Shown here piece after piece: positions 37,638-51,575 of a stretch of 64,000 nucleotides of DNA. The position numbers were made by a program, and so were the translations under genes. The stretch lies in assembly GCA_965153455.1 (NCBI GenBank), contig OZ234494.1, forward strand, positions 4,712,001 through 4,776,000, given 5' to 3'. Position 1 is the first letter of the stretch; every line of letters starts with the position of its first letter. The DNA comes from Sphagnum compactum. Taxonomy: Eukaryota. The notes beneath the pieces are model-generated. The model saw only the letters and a list, made by a program, of their open reading frames with translations, was not told the origin of the DNA and did not search any database.

Positions 37638-39427
37638 CAATAGAAGAAATCTTGTCATTTGCAAATAGTCAGTATGCAACTACATGCAATTTGTTGTCAT
37701 TTACAATTATATTGATTATGCTTGCAATCAAATTGATACCGTATATTTGTAAAGCCATACAGTTGTGCATGCAATTAACATACAACTAATGGTGTACAAA
37801 ATGAACATGTCATAAAAATAACAATTTAAGCTAATACATACCCAAGTTAGTATGCCAAATATATCTACATAGGTTATGTATAATAGTATTATACCTTTAG
37901 TATTACAATCAAGCCCATGTTAACTAAGGTTAAACTTAAGTTGTATTAATTTAAATTAACTTAATCATGGTTAACCTAGTTAGGAGGCTACATTGATCAT
38001 GGTTAAACTAACATAATCTGAACTAATAATAGTTAAATTAACTAGAAGGCTAAATTAATGATGGCTAAACTAGATTTAGTTAAACTAACTAAAAGGTTAA
38101 ACATTACAAAACTAAACTAATTAGGAAGTTAAATTAATCATAATTAAATTAACTAGGGGGCTAAATTAAATGTGCTTAAACTAATAAGGAAGTTAAGTTG
38201 ATCATGGCTAAACTAACTATTTGTTAATTTTAATAATGTTTTTAATAATGTTAAAATACTTATGGTTAATAGGTTACACTACCTAACCTTTAAATACCCT
38301 AGCTTAGGCTAGTTTCATTATAATATTAATAATTATGGTTAATAGGCTACAATAATTGTCCTATAATTACTTATTATTTATTAATATGTAAATTAATATA
38401 CATATTAAATATTACAAATTATTATTTTTATTATCATTATTATTATTATTACTATTATTTATCAAATTAATATTATTATCATAACATTATATTAATATTA
38501 CTTGTTACAATTAATATATCTATTAGGTAAACTAGGTTAGTATTGCATATGTAACATTTAGAAAATGCATGTAAGTTGCAACTACATTGGTTGCACTTAT
38601 GACTAAATGTTTTGTCCCATATTTTTTGCTTTTCATTCAAAGCGTGCACTCTATATAACTAGGTGCATTAATCTTGTTCACAAACCAAGTACCAAAGCAA
38701 TGCCATGTGGCAATCAAACATTGCTTGTGCAAGGCAAGGTTAGTTAGGTAGATTGAAAATGATTCAATTTTGTTTTTGAGTTTAGCCTTTAGGGTTAAAC
38801 ATCTTCCATTGGCTCATTATACATTTAACATGTGTCAAAATATTATAGCTTTTAAATTTCATTTAAATTAATACTAATGAATATTGAAATAAAGTTCAAA
38901 TTGCCATGTGTCATCATTTCCTTAATGCACATGACAAAATCTTGTTCACCCAACTTTCAATGGTCCAAATGTCATTTCATTTACCAATAATTATAAAATA
39001 TTAAATCAAAGTTTAGTGCCATGTGTTGCAATTATATTGATGCACGTGTTGAAATCCTATCCACATTATATAAGATAGCTTAAACTTATTAATTAATATT
39101 GAATATTGAAATAAAGCTGAAAATATCAAAATCATTAAATAATTGGCCTTAAAAAATGGACATGCGTCTTGAAATAAAAGTCACCAATTTGTATATACAC
39201 ATGGTATATATTATACACATAGTTGCATGTGCAACTCCTTGTGTAGAATAAAAATGGATGAATGTATAATGACAATGTATATACATGTCAAATGCAAATT
39301 GTTGTTTGCAATTCCATATCTGTTGCAACTTGTTTTATGCAATTGGGGCAAAATCCAATTGCATGTGTTGCGTGCTATTGAAAATCAATTATATACCCTA
39401 GTTAAAAAACTAGATTTTCTTCTAGTG
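37638..39427. mobile_element. Complete non-autonomous CACTA element, 3-bp TSD TTT
   Basis: CAATAGAAGAAATCT at 37638 and AGATTTTCTTCTAGTG ending at 39427. TTT lies at 37635-37637 and 39428-39430. Confidence 0.88.
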
Positions 39428-41393
39428 TTTACTCAAATTTCACATGTTAATTTGATTTGCATTATCTTGGTTTGGCACTTAAAACATTATCAACTTGTTA
39501 TCCATGTTCAATTTACTTATCTTATTTCCCCTTCAACATTTTTATTACTTTACCACGATTCTTGAAGTTGCCATCTAATTAAAAAAAATGATTATGTTAC
39601 ATGGTAACATGTTTATAACAAGGATTGTTATTCTTATTGTACTTATTAAATTAATGCCCAACATTATCAAAATTAATAAAATCACACACATAAAAAATGC
39701 ACAAAATTCAAAAGAAACAATTCTGAATGATACCAAAGCTTTCATTTTCATTTAAAAATAAATAAAAAATCTCCATTCCCATTTTTGCAAGGGGTGAAAA
39801 CATGTTATGGGGTCAAAGCATGGTTGAGGTACCCAAAAGGATAATTTCAGTTTATACTCATTGGACCCCCTCATTTAAACATGTTGTTGATACTTAATGA
39901 CACATTCATATTGAAAGTTTGATTTTGTTCATAAATAGATACAATACAAAGGTACTATTTATGCATAGAATGTCAAATTTGAACAAGTTTAAATATTCAT
40001 ACCAAGTATTTAAAAAATAAAATAAAAATTATCTCATGAAAAAAATAAAAATTCAAAGACTCATAAGGAATGTTTTTAAAACTTTTTTTTGGCCCAAGAT
40101 TTTTACTGGAAACACCTTATGTGCTAATGTGTATAAAATGTATGAATGTGACAAGAACCAAATGCACTATTGTAATGAAATAAGTTTGAAAAAATCAAAT
40201 TTATGGGAATTTTGGGCCATTGATAAAACATGGCTCACATTGGATAAATTTTATTATTCTCATTTTCATAAGTGAAAACAATAGATACTTTAGAAGCTTA
40301 TAAAAAATTTGGGACAAAATTATTTCATTTGACATGAAAAAAAAAAAGTGAAATGTAAGACATATCATGGGAAATGTGAAGAAAAAGGTGAACCTGGGAG
40401 TCCTTGAAATGAGTCCTTATGGTTCAAATGTGGTACCCCAATCATGTTTCGACCTTATGAGGGGGCCTTTTGGGCATTTTTGGGTTTAGTATTATAATAT
40501 GTGAAATATAATTGTTCCAAAAGCGCAATGCATTTAATTGTGAGTTTCAATTTTGGTGTTTGGGGCTTAAATTATTGATTCTTACGAAACTAGTGTTATT
40601 TAATATTATTTGAATTTATAGTATTTATATTATTTAAATTCAAAAATCCACATGTATATTTATGATATACACAAATATAACAAAGTCAATTTTTTATTTC
40701 AAATGGCACTAACATCAAGGCTTCATTAATTATTTAAATAAACATTTAAAACAAAGTCACTATAATTATGTTTGTCACCTTCCAAGTGAATGTGCCTATT
40801 TGTCAAATTTTCAATTTATCACACATTTATTCATTTTTCATGAAAACCCCCTTTTTAAATAAAAAATTTAAAATTGTTCACAAACATGGTTCAAACTATG
40901 TGAAATCACATGGTTGAATATATGTTCAATTTTCAAAGAAAGTTAAAAATGTATCAATGCACCATTTTGTTGATATATATCTTTAAGAAATTCACTTTTA
41001 GTAAATTTTCTTGAAATTTTCACAAAATTCAGTATTGTAAACATAAATGTTTCCATTTCCTCAAAGATTTGTGTATGATTTTTCAGATGTTTAAAACACT
41101 TCATTTTTAAATTTACTATGTACATAAAGGCCTACCTTTAAAGTAACCTTGTAGAATGGCATTTATTTATAGTACAAGAAGCAAATGTTGCACTTAAAAA
41201 AAACACCCATTTTTTCTTTCCTCTCCTTTCCCATGAACAACAATTTTTTTGTAAGTCTTTGCACGAGGTAAGGCCCTAAGAAAAGGGTGTTCCAAAAGTA
41301 AGCATCCACTTGAGGTGGAGTCCCAAGGCAAAGGTTTGGTCAAAAGCTATCACAAGAAAGAAAATGAAAACAAACATGGCTGGAAGTATTTAC

Positions 41394-42324
41394 CAATGTT
41401 GGGTGGGTATCATAATTTTCAGATACCCATCAGTTCCAATTTTCACAAAGTAATTCACAAAGGGCTCTGGTTCTCCCAAAAAAAAGAATTCTAAAATTTC
41501 TATGCCAAGCAAGGGCATCAACACTTAAAAAAAATTTAAACCGGTTCTCACAATGCTGATTCTTAGAAATTTGAAAACAGCTGGTTATCCTTTGCCGGTT
41601 TTCACAAACCGAATATTACTTAATTTTTAAATTACAAATAAGAATATTAATATCAATATTAATATTAAATAATTTTTTATTTGATTTTTTTCTAACGATA
41701 GCTCTGGCTTTTTGAAAAAAATTCAAAATCAAAGGACCTCTATATCAAGGTTTTTGAAATTGTCTAAAATAAATCATCATTTAAAATCAACTCTCCAAAC
41801 ATCATTACCATCTGACCTGGCCTACCATTAATAAATACCTACCACCAAATATTAGGCCTCCCTTGAATCTCCCATCTTCCAAAGCAAATTAGACCTAACA
41901 TGTAAAATTTGATGTGGGTCTAGTGATAAAAGTGTCCTTTCTTTAACCCTAATTAAATTAGGCTAATTTAACATCGTATTTCCAAAGTTCAAACCCACAG
42001 TCCGTGAATGATCAACAAGATTCAGTAAGTAAAATGTTGTTCCATTCTGCATAGAAGCATAATTAAATTTGATGCTCATAACTTTTTTTCTCATTGCTTG
42101 TACTAATTTTTTATAGCGGCTAAACCTTGAGACCCTGACCCGGGTAAGGGGTCAGACCTTACTTGCTTTTCAATTTTTATTTTTATTTGTAAAAAAAAAC
42201 TGGTTTTCACACCAGTTTTCAGTCGGCGTATCATTCATGATGATACCCTGAGGGGATCAGATTAGGATGCCCAGATGATACCCGGGTGGTGCCTGGGGGT
42301 ATTTGTGATACCTGCCCAACACTG
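41394..42324. mobile_element. hAT-type MITE with exact 8-bp TSD GTATTTAC
   Basis: Left TIR CAATGTTGGGTGGGTATCA; right end reverse-complemented is CAGTGTTGGGCAGGTATCA. GTATTTAC lies at 41386-41393 and 42325-42332. An 8-bp TSD with CA...TG ends is typical of hAT. Confidence 0.9.
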
Positions 42325-44986
42325 GTATTTACATTATATAGTGCCCAAGGATCAAGTCATTCCCAAAGTAAGTGCCCACCCAAAGTGGAGTATTCTTGAG
42401 GCAAAGGTTGAGGAACACCTCACTCCTCAAGCATTACCTTAAGCAAAAATGTCATACAAATTCGAACACCTTTTCTAACATTTACATTAACTTACAATTA
42501 GGGTAAGGCACGTAACATGCTAGTTATGATCATAAGTTAGAGTTCAATTTGGGTTGGGATGCAGGTTCTAAATTTTTTCCCAAGTTTTGCAAGGTGAAAT
42601 GTGCTCAAAAGCCCAAATCTAAGGAAAGATGTTGCATATGTGAATAAGGAGTAGGCATATGTATTGGTTGGTAGTGAAGATTTCACATGTGAGCAAAGAA
42701 TAAGAATATGTATTACTGCGGAGTGAAACTTTCACATCAATAGACTTCATGGTTTTGAAATTGAAACAAATGCAATATTTGTAAAATGTGTACTTGGTTG
42801 TAATTGCAATCAACAATTTTTGTTGTTTTTCACAAGCAACCGTAACCCTAAACCCTAACCACTATTGGACCCGTCCCTGGTCAAAAAACATAAACCTTAC
42901 TACTAAAGAACCTCCATCATTTGAAAGATGAATAACTGGCTTGAGAACCAGAACCAGACAGACTTGCAATTTAGGCATGCATGCATGCATCGAGGGATGC
43001 CATGATGCACTATGGTAATGGTGGGATCAGGGGCCTGGGAGCTCAGCTCAAATTTTTAGTCCATTCCTAGAGCAAGGGAGGGCAATGCAAAAAAACTAGG
43101 GTTGTTATTTCAACATGTTGGATTAAATATTTGCTTGTAGCTAGCTCTATCTGATGGTCTTCAAAGTAAGGACCCATGGTGCAAATCATATTCGGTGACA
43201 ACACGAGGGTAGTGATCCTTAAGCAACAAGGGTAGTGGTCCTTAAGCAGTTTGGTTGGTCTTATATGGCCATTTGATGAACATGGATGGCCATATTCTAA
43301 TGTTTTTCAATCTGCCACATTGAATACATGTTTATTTTCCACATGATGCCCTCAATTGTGTTTTCTTTTCCCCATCTGTTTTGCAATCACACTCATGTTA
43401 ATATTATTCCAAATTTTGATGAAAAAATGGTTGTTCCATGTGACTCTAGACTAACATTTTGTTGGGGTCTTTTGACTTCATGTATGATGTTCATGATCAC
43501 AATATTGGTGTAATGTTGTTCGTCTTAGATACAAAGTTGTATAGGCACATATTGTATGAGTGTAATACTATCCCATGATCAATTTACAAGCAAATGTTGT
43601 TAGAACAAATACATGCTTATATCAGTTGGACGGATGAAATGCTGAATAGTAATGCTAAAGAATTTCAAAGGATGTTGTTCAAGAGCACGAATCAAATTTG
43701 TTGCAAATTGGATTTGATGACTTCTTGAAATATTATGTGCACTTCTTGATTTTTTTTCTTTCAAAAACCAACATTCATTCAACTAAACTCCCAAATTATA
43801 ATTTCAATGTCATATTTCATTTTTGTCTTGGGAGTAGTGTTTCATTTATTGAAGAAAACATTCAACTCAATCTGTGTTGAAGAAGATATTGCAATCATCA
43901 CCCAAAAATCAATAAAATTTCATATTTTCACATAGGTTATATGGGTGTTTTTATGTGGTGAGATTTCTCCAATTGGCAACCCAAAAAAAAGGGGGGGACT
44001 CTGAATTGTACAAAGGATTGATTATTTTGGTAAAAATTCCCCCAAAGTCACCATATTTCAAGGGGAGCAAAAAAGGGTTGAAATCATTATATTTAGACCA
44101 TAGGTTCTTGCATGTTGTCACTATGTAGAATGGAGACAAAATTGGACAAAGTGAAATCATTCAGTGTAAATTTGACATTTTTGATGCCATTGAGGAGGAG
44201 TAATGCAAAACTTTCTCCAGCACATATAGGTTCCACCTACTTCTTCTACACCAAAGAACCAAACCTGAACATTTGCCAAATTTTTTTAAAAAAAAACCCT
44301 ATTTCTTATGGTGGGTAGAGAGTCTGATTTAGGCATACAAAAAGCAAGTCTTCCTCACAATTTTTGCACACAAAAATGGACCTTGGAGATATGTTCAACC
44401 AACAAGGAAGATGGGTGGGTTATATAGACTTCTGGAATCAAAACACTGAAGGACCAACAAGGTTGCTCCCTTTTATACTTATCGTTGAACTTGCACATTA
44501 TTAAACTTAAAAAATCAAGAAATGAACTTAAGTCAGAAGTTTCATAATGTGCAAGTTTAATAACATTGGTTTTAAGAGGAAAAAATTGATGATAGGCAAC
44601 TAAAAAGATCGACCTAATTTTTCCTTTGTATTTTTGGAGGTACTACTTCCGTTGGCAGAACTTTCAAGCACGCTGGGAGGTACCTTGCAAATCGGTAAGG
44701 GCCTCCTAGTAGGTTCCTTCTTCCTTCCAAATTAGGTCAATGTTTGACAAAGGGGAAGGCCAGCCCCTCATTCCGTGTGCTATCCCTCTCATTCATTCTT
44801 AAGGAGTTCATGTAAGAACCCTTCACTTGCCAAACATCAAGATCTATGTATGTTTAGGTTCATGGCAAGGTTCTCCTCTTGCTTTCCATTGGGTGAAGCC
44901 CATGGGTAGGTTATTTTTTGGAATTTTTGGGGGACCACACAGGTTATCAATTTCAATATCAAAAACAAAATTGGGTGCTGAGTCCA

Positions 44987-45008
44987 TATATATATATATA
45001 TATATATA
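44987..45008. repeat. (AT)n microsatellite
   Basis: Direct read. Confidence 0.9.
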
Positions 45009-46029
45009 TTCCATTTTGTGGCCGGTTCTTGCAATGAAGGGAAATAGAAACTTCACTTGAGTCTATGTTGGCCTTGATGACAAAACACAATGAAAGACCC
45101 CACTCACTTATGTTACAACATCATCACAACAGCGACACGTATGTTCTGGTGGAAGAGAGAACAACAATCTTCTAGTGAAGTGTTGAATTGAGAGTGTTTT
45201 TGGATCATTAGTTTTGTGTGTGAGAGCTTTTCCAAGCTATTGCAACAGAGATGATTAATGCAATGATGGGTGTAATAGGCATGGAGAAAGCTACTACAAG
45301 AGTCTTTTCCAATGGCTTGAATGGTGCCCATAAAATTCAATGATCTGTGAATGGAAATACTTATTGATGTCCAATTTGATGATTTGCAATCATATACAAG
45401 TTTATTTAATCTTTGCATACAAAACTACATATCCTTTTTTCTTCTACAAGGACAAAGGGATCATTATTATTCTCTATTGGGTATTCTCTTTGAAATGGGA
45501 ACAACCTCATGTCGGGCTTTTCCAAGTGAGTCTATATGGCTTGAAAGGTTTGCATATGTATTAGCATTGAGGAGATTGGTGGAAGCTAGGGCAATGGGGT
45601 GAGGTGGATTGGCTGCAATATAAAAAAAAATTTAAAAACCAAATGGCAATGATTGAAATTGACAATTATGGTAGTTTTAACTATAACCTTTGTCAAGTGA
45701 ATTCACATGTTCATCATGTTTTTCTTTGACCTAAATAGGGAAACAAAAGTTCAATCAACATTGCATTTTCATAATGTCTATTATGTTTTGTTTCAAAATT
45801 TGGTTATTTAAAATGGAGATTTTTTTAATGTATTACTTTGGAGACTTGGGATGCAAGATTGAATGTACTGCAAAGATGAACTCATTGTAATAACAATTAC
45901 ATCATCATTTTCTTTCCTTAAGGATCTATTGATTACTCAACTTATTGTCTTCTTTTGGTGGTTTGATCTATCTTTAGGAGCCCATTGTGGTTTTGTAATA
46001 GAACAAATGTGTTATTTATTTGCTGCAAA

Positions 46030-46580
46030 ATAACCTTGGGCCTACAACTAAAGCTAAGGCATTGCAAAACGTGTGAGCCAAAAGAGTGTTCTAGGATTCA
46101 AGAATACTTTCACAAGTTGAGAAAATGAACTTTGCATCACTCCCCAATGGGTTCCCATGTTAAAAGTTGGAATCTTGCAATGTTTTTTATTTTTTGAACA
46201 AATTTTGGGGACCAAGCCTTGTTCAAATCAAGTGTCTTTGTAAATGTTGGAAGGGTCTTAAATAATAGATATTTAAAATAGGGTGACATTCCCCCATTTG
46301 GAAATCTAAACCATAAGTTATGTCCGAATGAAAAGTTGAGAGGCAAATTGACATTTCAAGTCCTAACCACTAAAACATTCAACAAAAAAGGTCAAATCAG
46401 CTTTGATTAAAGCATGAAATACAACTTTGCAAATATCTTGTCAAGATCTATAACTTTTCTTGTGAAATCTTCCGAAGCAAAATTCATGTGTGAAAGTTAT
46501 GAGTCGATAAAGTAGTGTAATTCATAACTTGGATTTTTCTTTAAATTCAAGATTTTCACATTGGAGTCCTGCACAAATGT
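46030..46580 (+). repeat. Second copy of the 3490-4030 dispersed repeat
   Basis: See 3490-4030. Confidence 0.45.
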
Positions 46581-47219
46581 GAGTAATCTATTAATGGCTC
46601 ATTGCTTTTGATTTTCCTTGCAAGAAATTGTGGTAGCGATAATAGGTCAATAAATAACATATCGTAGTACCCTTTCAAGTTCGTCATCTTGTTGCCGAAT
46701 AATTATTTTATTTTGAAAAATTGATTTGGCACAAACGTTCTTTTTAATTGACAAAAATTTATTTAAATTATAAAATATTCGCATGTTCTTCATCACCAAT
46801 GTTTTATTCAAACGTTTTGCATCACAGCACAAGTTTTGATCCCATAACCTTTCTTGGAAAAAACATTGCACTAACCATTGGATTACGATTAGACATTAAA
46901 TAATAGGGTTTATTTTTTAAAATTTACTGCACATTAAGTCAAAGAGGGAAAAAATTAAAAACCTTGCGACAAAACAATGCAGTTCTCCATAAGGTTGCAA
47001 TATTAGGCCCATAAAAAGCACTGGTAAACAAATTTTTGCTTCAGTAAACAATAGTTTTTAAAATTTTCAACAGGAAGGGACATTAATTTTCTAAATTTTC
47101 TGCATCTAAAAAATAATTTAATTTTTGCCAAACCTAAAAAGGTATTGCGATAGCTCAAATACAACATATAACATCACCCAAATTCACATTATATCTCAAT
47201 ATTTCCTTTAAATTGCAAT

Positions 47220-50045
47220 AACATTTCAATAAACATTAAATTACATGTAAATTCCATTTGTGGATATGTATGATGCAATTTTTTTTTGCGCATATAAATA
47301 TTAAATTTGAATTTCATAATAAAATTTAAGGAAATTTTGAAATATGAGTTTGTAATAATGTAAGTTCAATATATGTAATTTATTATTTCTTTGTAAATCA
47401 AATGTTAATTTACAACAAATCAAGTAATGATACATAATTCATAATTTTTTGGAACTTTAATGTTTATTCATTTTTATATGTATGATGTCTTAATATATTT
47501 TTAAAATTGTAATAAACATTCCTTAATTATTAAGGTACACATAAATGTTTTTTGTATCCATGAATGATTACATGTATGATGAATTGTTTTGTGCATGTAA
47601 GTATTATACTTTAATTTGAAAATAAAATTTAAAGAAATTTCGAAATATAAGTCAACTTAATAATGTATATGTTCAATACATGCATAATTCATAATTTCTA
47701 TGTAAATTCAATTTTAGTTTACCACATATCAAGTAAGGATATTTAGGTGTTTCAAAAAAAAAATGTTCAATACATGTGTAATTTATTATTTCCATGTAGA
47801 TTCAATTTTAGTTTACAGCATATCATGCAATGATACATAATTAATCATTTTTATAATTTTAATTATAATTATAATTTTTGCTATTATTTCCAATAAATTT
47901 TTCATCTATTAAAAGTAATTATTTATTTATTTATGATTAAACTATAATAACTTTCAGAATAATTAATAAATATATTTAATAAATTATCATGTAATTTCAG
48001 AAATTATTTTATTTAAAACTACTATATTATGAAATATTTTTTCATATTTAATATTAATTATACTAGGTCATTTAATAATTCCAACAAGTTAGATACAAAT
48101 ACGAATAAAAATAGTTAAATAACTAGCCTAACCTAATTACTAGCTACAATATTATTATTAATGTTATTGTTATAATTGTAGTCAATTATTAATTATCACA
48201 ACATTATAATGATGAATGTAATAAAAATATCATATAAAATTTATTATTGAATATTTTTATTTGAGTTAATTCTTTGTTTATGAAATGTTAATAAGAATTT
48301 ATAATGAATTTCGAAATTAAAAAATTCAGTGATAATTAATCATTTAGTAAATAAATACATTTAATTGCTGATTTTTCAACAAGAAACTAATCACCATATT
48401 ATTTAATAAATGATGATAATATGTTTAATTGTTTAATTATACAACTATATAGTTCAAAATAGTTGATGAATAATTACTATAAGTAATTAAGGTAAGTAGC
48501 TAGACCTAGGCTAGGTAAATTATTAGTTTAGGTCCAGGCCTAACTAAGTTTAGACTAGCTTATATAACTAGATTACAACTATTTGAGTTGCAATTAAGTT
48601 GCAATTGGGTTACAACTAGGGTAAACATCAAATGGTACTCTATCACCGAACACTTTCAAGTTTTCCCTCATTTCAACACCAAATTGAACGTTTTTATGTC
48701 ATTGGAAGCGCAAAACAGAAGGTTACAAATGATCTTTGAACCTCAAAAACAAAAGAACAAAGTAGAGAATGCAAAAAGAGAAAGACTGATATTTTGTTTC
48801 AAATTTTGTTTCTAGACCCCCTTTACTTCTAGTAACTATATCTTGCTCATTTCTCATTCATTTTGAACGATTTGAAAAGCTACAAATGCACTATCTCAAA
48901 ATCTATAAAACTCGTTGAAAGTGAAAAATTAAAAAAAAATAGTTGAAGAGCTGAAGCTTCAAAATCATTCTGAACACTTATGAATAAATCCAAAGCACAA
49001 CCCCCTTCACTTTGAAATGGCATATCTTACTCATTTCCCATTAAATTGTAATGTTTTTTGTAGATTTGGATACGCCACATGGAGGATTGAAAAATTGTTT
49101 TAAGTTTAAAAAGGAACAGACCATGGACAAAAGAGTTATAATGATCCAATATTGTTAAATGTTTGGTGATAGGTGTGTTTTCCCTAGGTTACAACTAAAA
49201 CTTTTATGCCATATTGTTTGGTTTCCATTCCATGAATCCAAACTATATAAAGGAATGCACTAGGATTATTGAAGAACACAATAAACATGAAAATCTAATA
49301 GCCATTTGGGATGAGCCAATCAAAAAGGTTCAACCTTAAAAACTAAACCAAATGAGTATAGGACTTCATTTATTAATTGCCATGTGGTTTAGGTCTAGGC
49401 CTAACATATGTGCCTAGATCTAGCCCTAATTTAAGCCTAGATTAAATGGCCTATGTTTAGGTTTAACCTACCTGCCAAGGTTTAAAACTAACCTATTTTT
49501 AGACACCATGTGGCTTGAACTTTTGATGTGGATGTGCCATGTGTCATTTAACTATGCGTTGACCCCACATTTATGAATGTGCCACATGTTAACATTATCA
49601 ATGTGTCACGTGTCACCAAACCACTGGCCAAATGTTCAATTTACATAGTTGCAACATAGTCGAAATGTTCAACTTACATAGTTGCAACCTAGTTGAAATT
49701 GTAATTATATTTTTGGTTGATGTCATCCTTAGTTAGCAGATGAAGTTCATCCATTAGTCGAATGTAGTTGACAACATCCCTCGACTATATTGGTAGAACA
49801 ATTTTGAATTAAATTGGTAAGACATGGCACATAATGGCTATTGTTGTGGTGTTGACATGTGGCATAGACTTTCAACTATAATTTCATTCTCAACTTGTAC
49901 TTTTTGACATTACTAGTTAACAATTGCAAAAAATATTTCCCAATTGCAAAAAATAAATTACAACTATATGTGTAGTTTTCGACTTGATTTATAGTTGAAC
50001 AATAGTTGAAAACATAGTTGCAAAAGGGGGGGTTTTCTAGTAGTG
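47220..50045. mobile_element. 5'-truncated second copy of the 6078-10361 CACTA family
   Basis: Collinear direct match to ~7720-10361. Ends GGGGGGGTTTTCTAGTAGTG at 50045, a canonical CACTA end. No left TIR was found. Confidence 0.9.
48619..49184. mobile_element. MITE, the same insertion as 9082-9654
   Basis: Same internal sequence and same host junctions (TTACAA.TA|GGG...CCC|TAGGTTACAACT). The left TIR is partly deleted. Confidence 0.85.
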
Positions 50046-51480
50046 AAAACATTAAAACGCCCTGGATATCTTTCATGGGTCCTCTAAGGAATATTTTGTC
50101 AGAATTCAAGCCAATTCTGGCCAAGATGTCTATGGATAGCAACAACAACCAAGCTGCCAACGTAACTTAAACTTTTATATGTTTCTTGCATTGTATGTTA
50201 TTTGTTGTAATGTTTTTTGCATTTTCTAATTGATGGTTTAGTTGCATTTGCAAATTAATTTGACCTTACTGCATGTTGGGAATGTGCTGCATCATACCTT
50301 TGTTGGAGAACATTGATTCTCTTGTACAATTTACATAGTAAGATGATGTTTTCATATGTGATTTGGTGACTATAGTAAAAGTTTGCCAGGGTAGTTCTAT
50401 TCTTTATACAATGATGGCAGTGAACCATTTTTTAGTGATGAATTTTGGGCATTTAAAGGTTTGTTAGATTGTAGCCATGACCACGTCCACATGAAGTGGG
50501 TGGCAGAATTGAATGACTTTAATGAACATCGTGCCTTCATTGTGAATGGTGATAAACTTTGGGCCATTCACAATGACCCAATATCGAATGTTAGGACAGT
50601 TGTGACTAAGGATTCTTTTCAAATCTAATTTCACAAGTGAAGTCAAAGTGTTCAAGTAAGTTTCTAACCTTATTTTCTTTTTTGATTCATCTTGATGTGT
50701 TTTGAGTTAGGGGTTTTGTTTTCTTTCAAACACAAATTTTAGTTTGGGACTTTGTTTTCTTTCAATCTATGTGGCAACTTTCCTTTTTTAATATCTCTTT
50801 GTTGGTTTGTGGGTGCATCTGCCTTGCTTGCTTTCAATGTGTGTTGCTATTTGTAACATTTCTTCTTTCAATTATTTTTGTTAGTTTGCAGTTGCATCTA
50901 CCCAACTAATCAAAGAGTTGGACAACCACTTCCCCTAGTGTGCCTTGCTCAATGCCATGGGCATTGTATGTCCATAATACTAGTTGCAGCCCAACTATGA
51001 TGATAATTTTACCAAGCATTTGGAAGTATGAAAGTTTGGTACTATGATCTAAAACTTTTGGGGTTTGGAGGTTCAAGTTCATTGGTTGCACCATTGCTTG
51101 ATTGTTGGGGGCTAGATGCGCGAAGCAAGGGATGTTCAAGTTGTGTATGGAAAACAATTTTAAGGCTGCCATGCAACCACTTTTTTATTTGAATCCATTG
51201 ATTCGAATTTGGAGGACAATTGATACATCTCGGGTTTTCATGCATTCTAGAGTATTTTAAATTGGTAGAAATGGCCATAATCCCTGTTAAAGGGAGTGTA
51301 AAAAATGAAAGATGTTTTTCATTTCTTGCATTTCGTAAGAACAAGTTGGGATCTACTTTAGATCCTCACCTTCCTCTTGTTGTTAGCATGTATAACCAAA
51401 AGTTTTTTTTACTTTAAAAGTTTTTTGTATATTGCCACATTTGATGCTTGGATTGGAGCAACTGATCGTTACGGTATTCT
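50046..51480 (+). pseudogene. hAT transposase remnant (C-terminal half, intron-containing)
   Basis: NIKTPWISFMGPLRNILSEF (TRW-like motif), LGMCCIIPLLENIDSLVQFT...DVFICDLV, QLIKELDNHFP...LLNAMGIV, and a dimerisation-domain-like EYFKLVEMAIIPVKGSVKNERCFSFLAFRKNKLGSTLDPHL. T-rich introns from GT 50162 and GT 50656 to AG 50891. Contains stops and frameshifts. Confidence 0.85.
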
Positions 51481-51575
51481 TGCGTAAATGCCATTTTATT
51501 CTGACATTTCTAGAGATGCATAGTTGTTGCCTTCAATACTTTTATGACTTTGCTCACCCTGGCCATAGCTTCATG

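Larger units (their letters stand above)
34113..41568 (+). repeat. Left arm of a large inverted duplication
   Basis: Collinear with the reverse complement of 51576-56284 from TTGGTATGCTTTCATTTATGCAC to CACAATG.TGATTCTTAGAA. The ORF track also shows mirrored pairs (39227+ vs 53535-/53743-; 40036+ vs 52754-). Confidence 0.95.

Noticed and set aside
39227-40275. ORFs apparently conserved with 52754-53964
   Set aside because: The similarity comes from the inverted duplication. Frames and stops differ between copies, and one ORF runs across a CACTA terminus.
43260-43880. Possible piggyBac-like Cys-rich transposase tail on the minus strand (SCGK*TCIQCG...FIKW)
   Set aside because: Too degenerate; no catalytic core or TTAA-flanked TIR pair identified. 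A profile search is needed.
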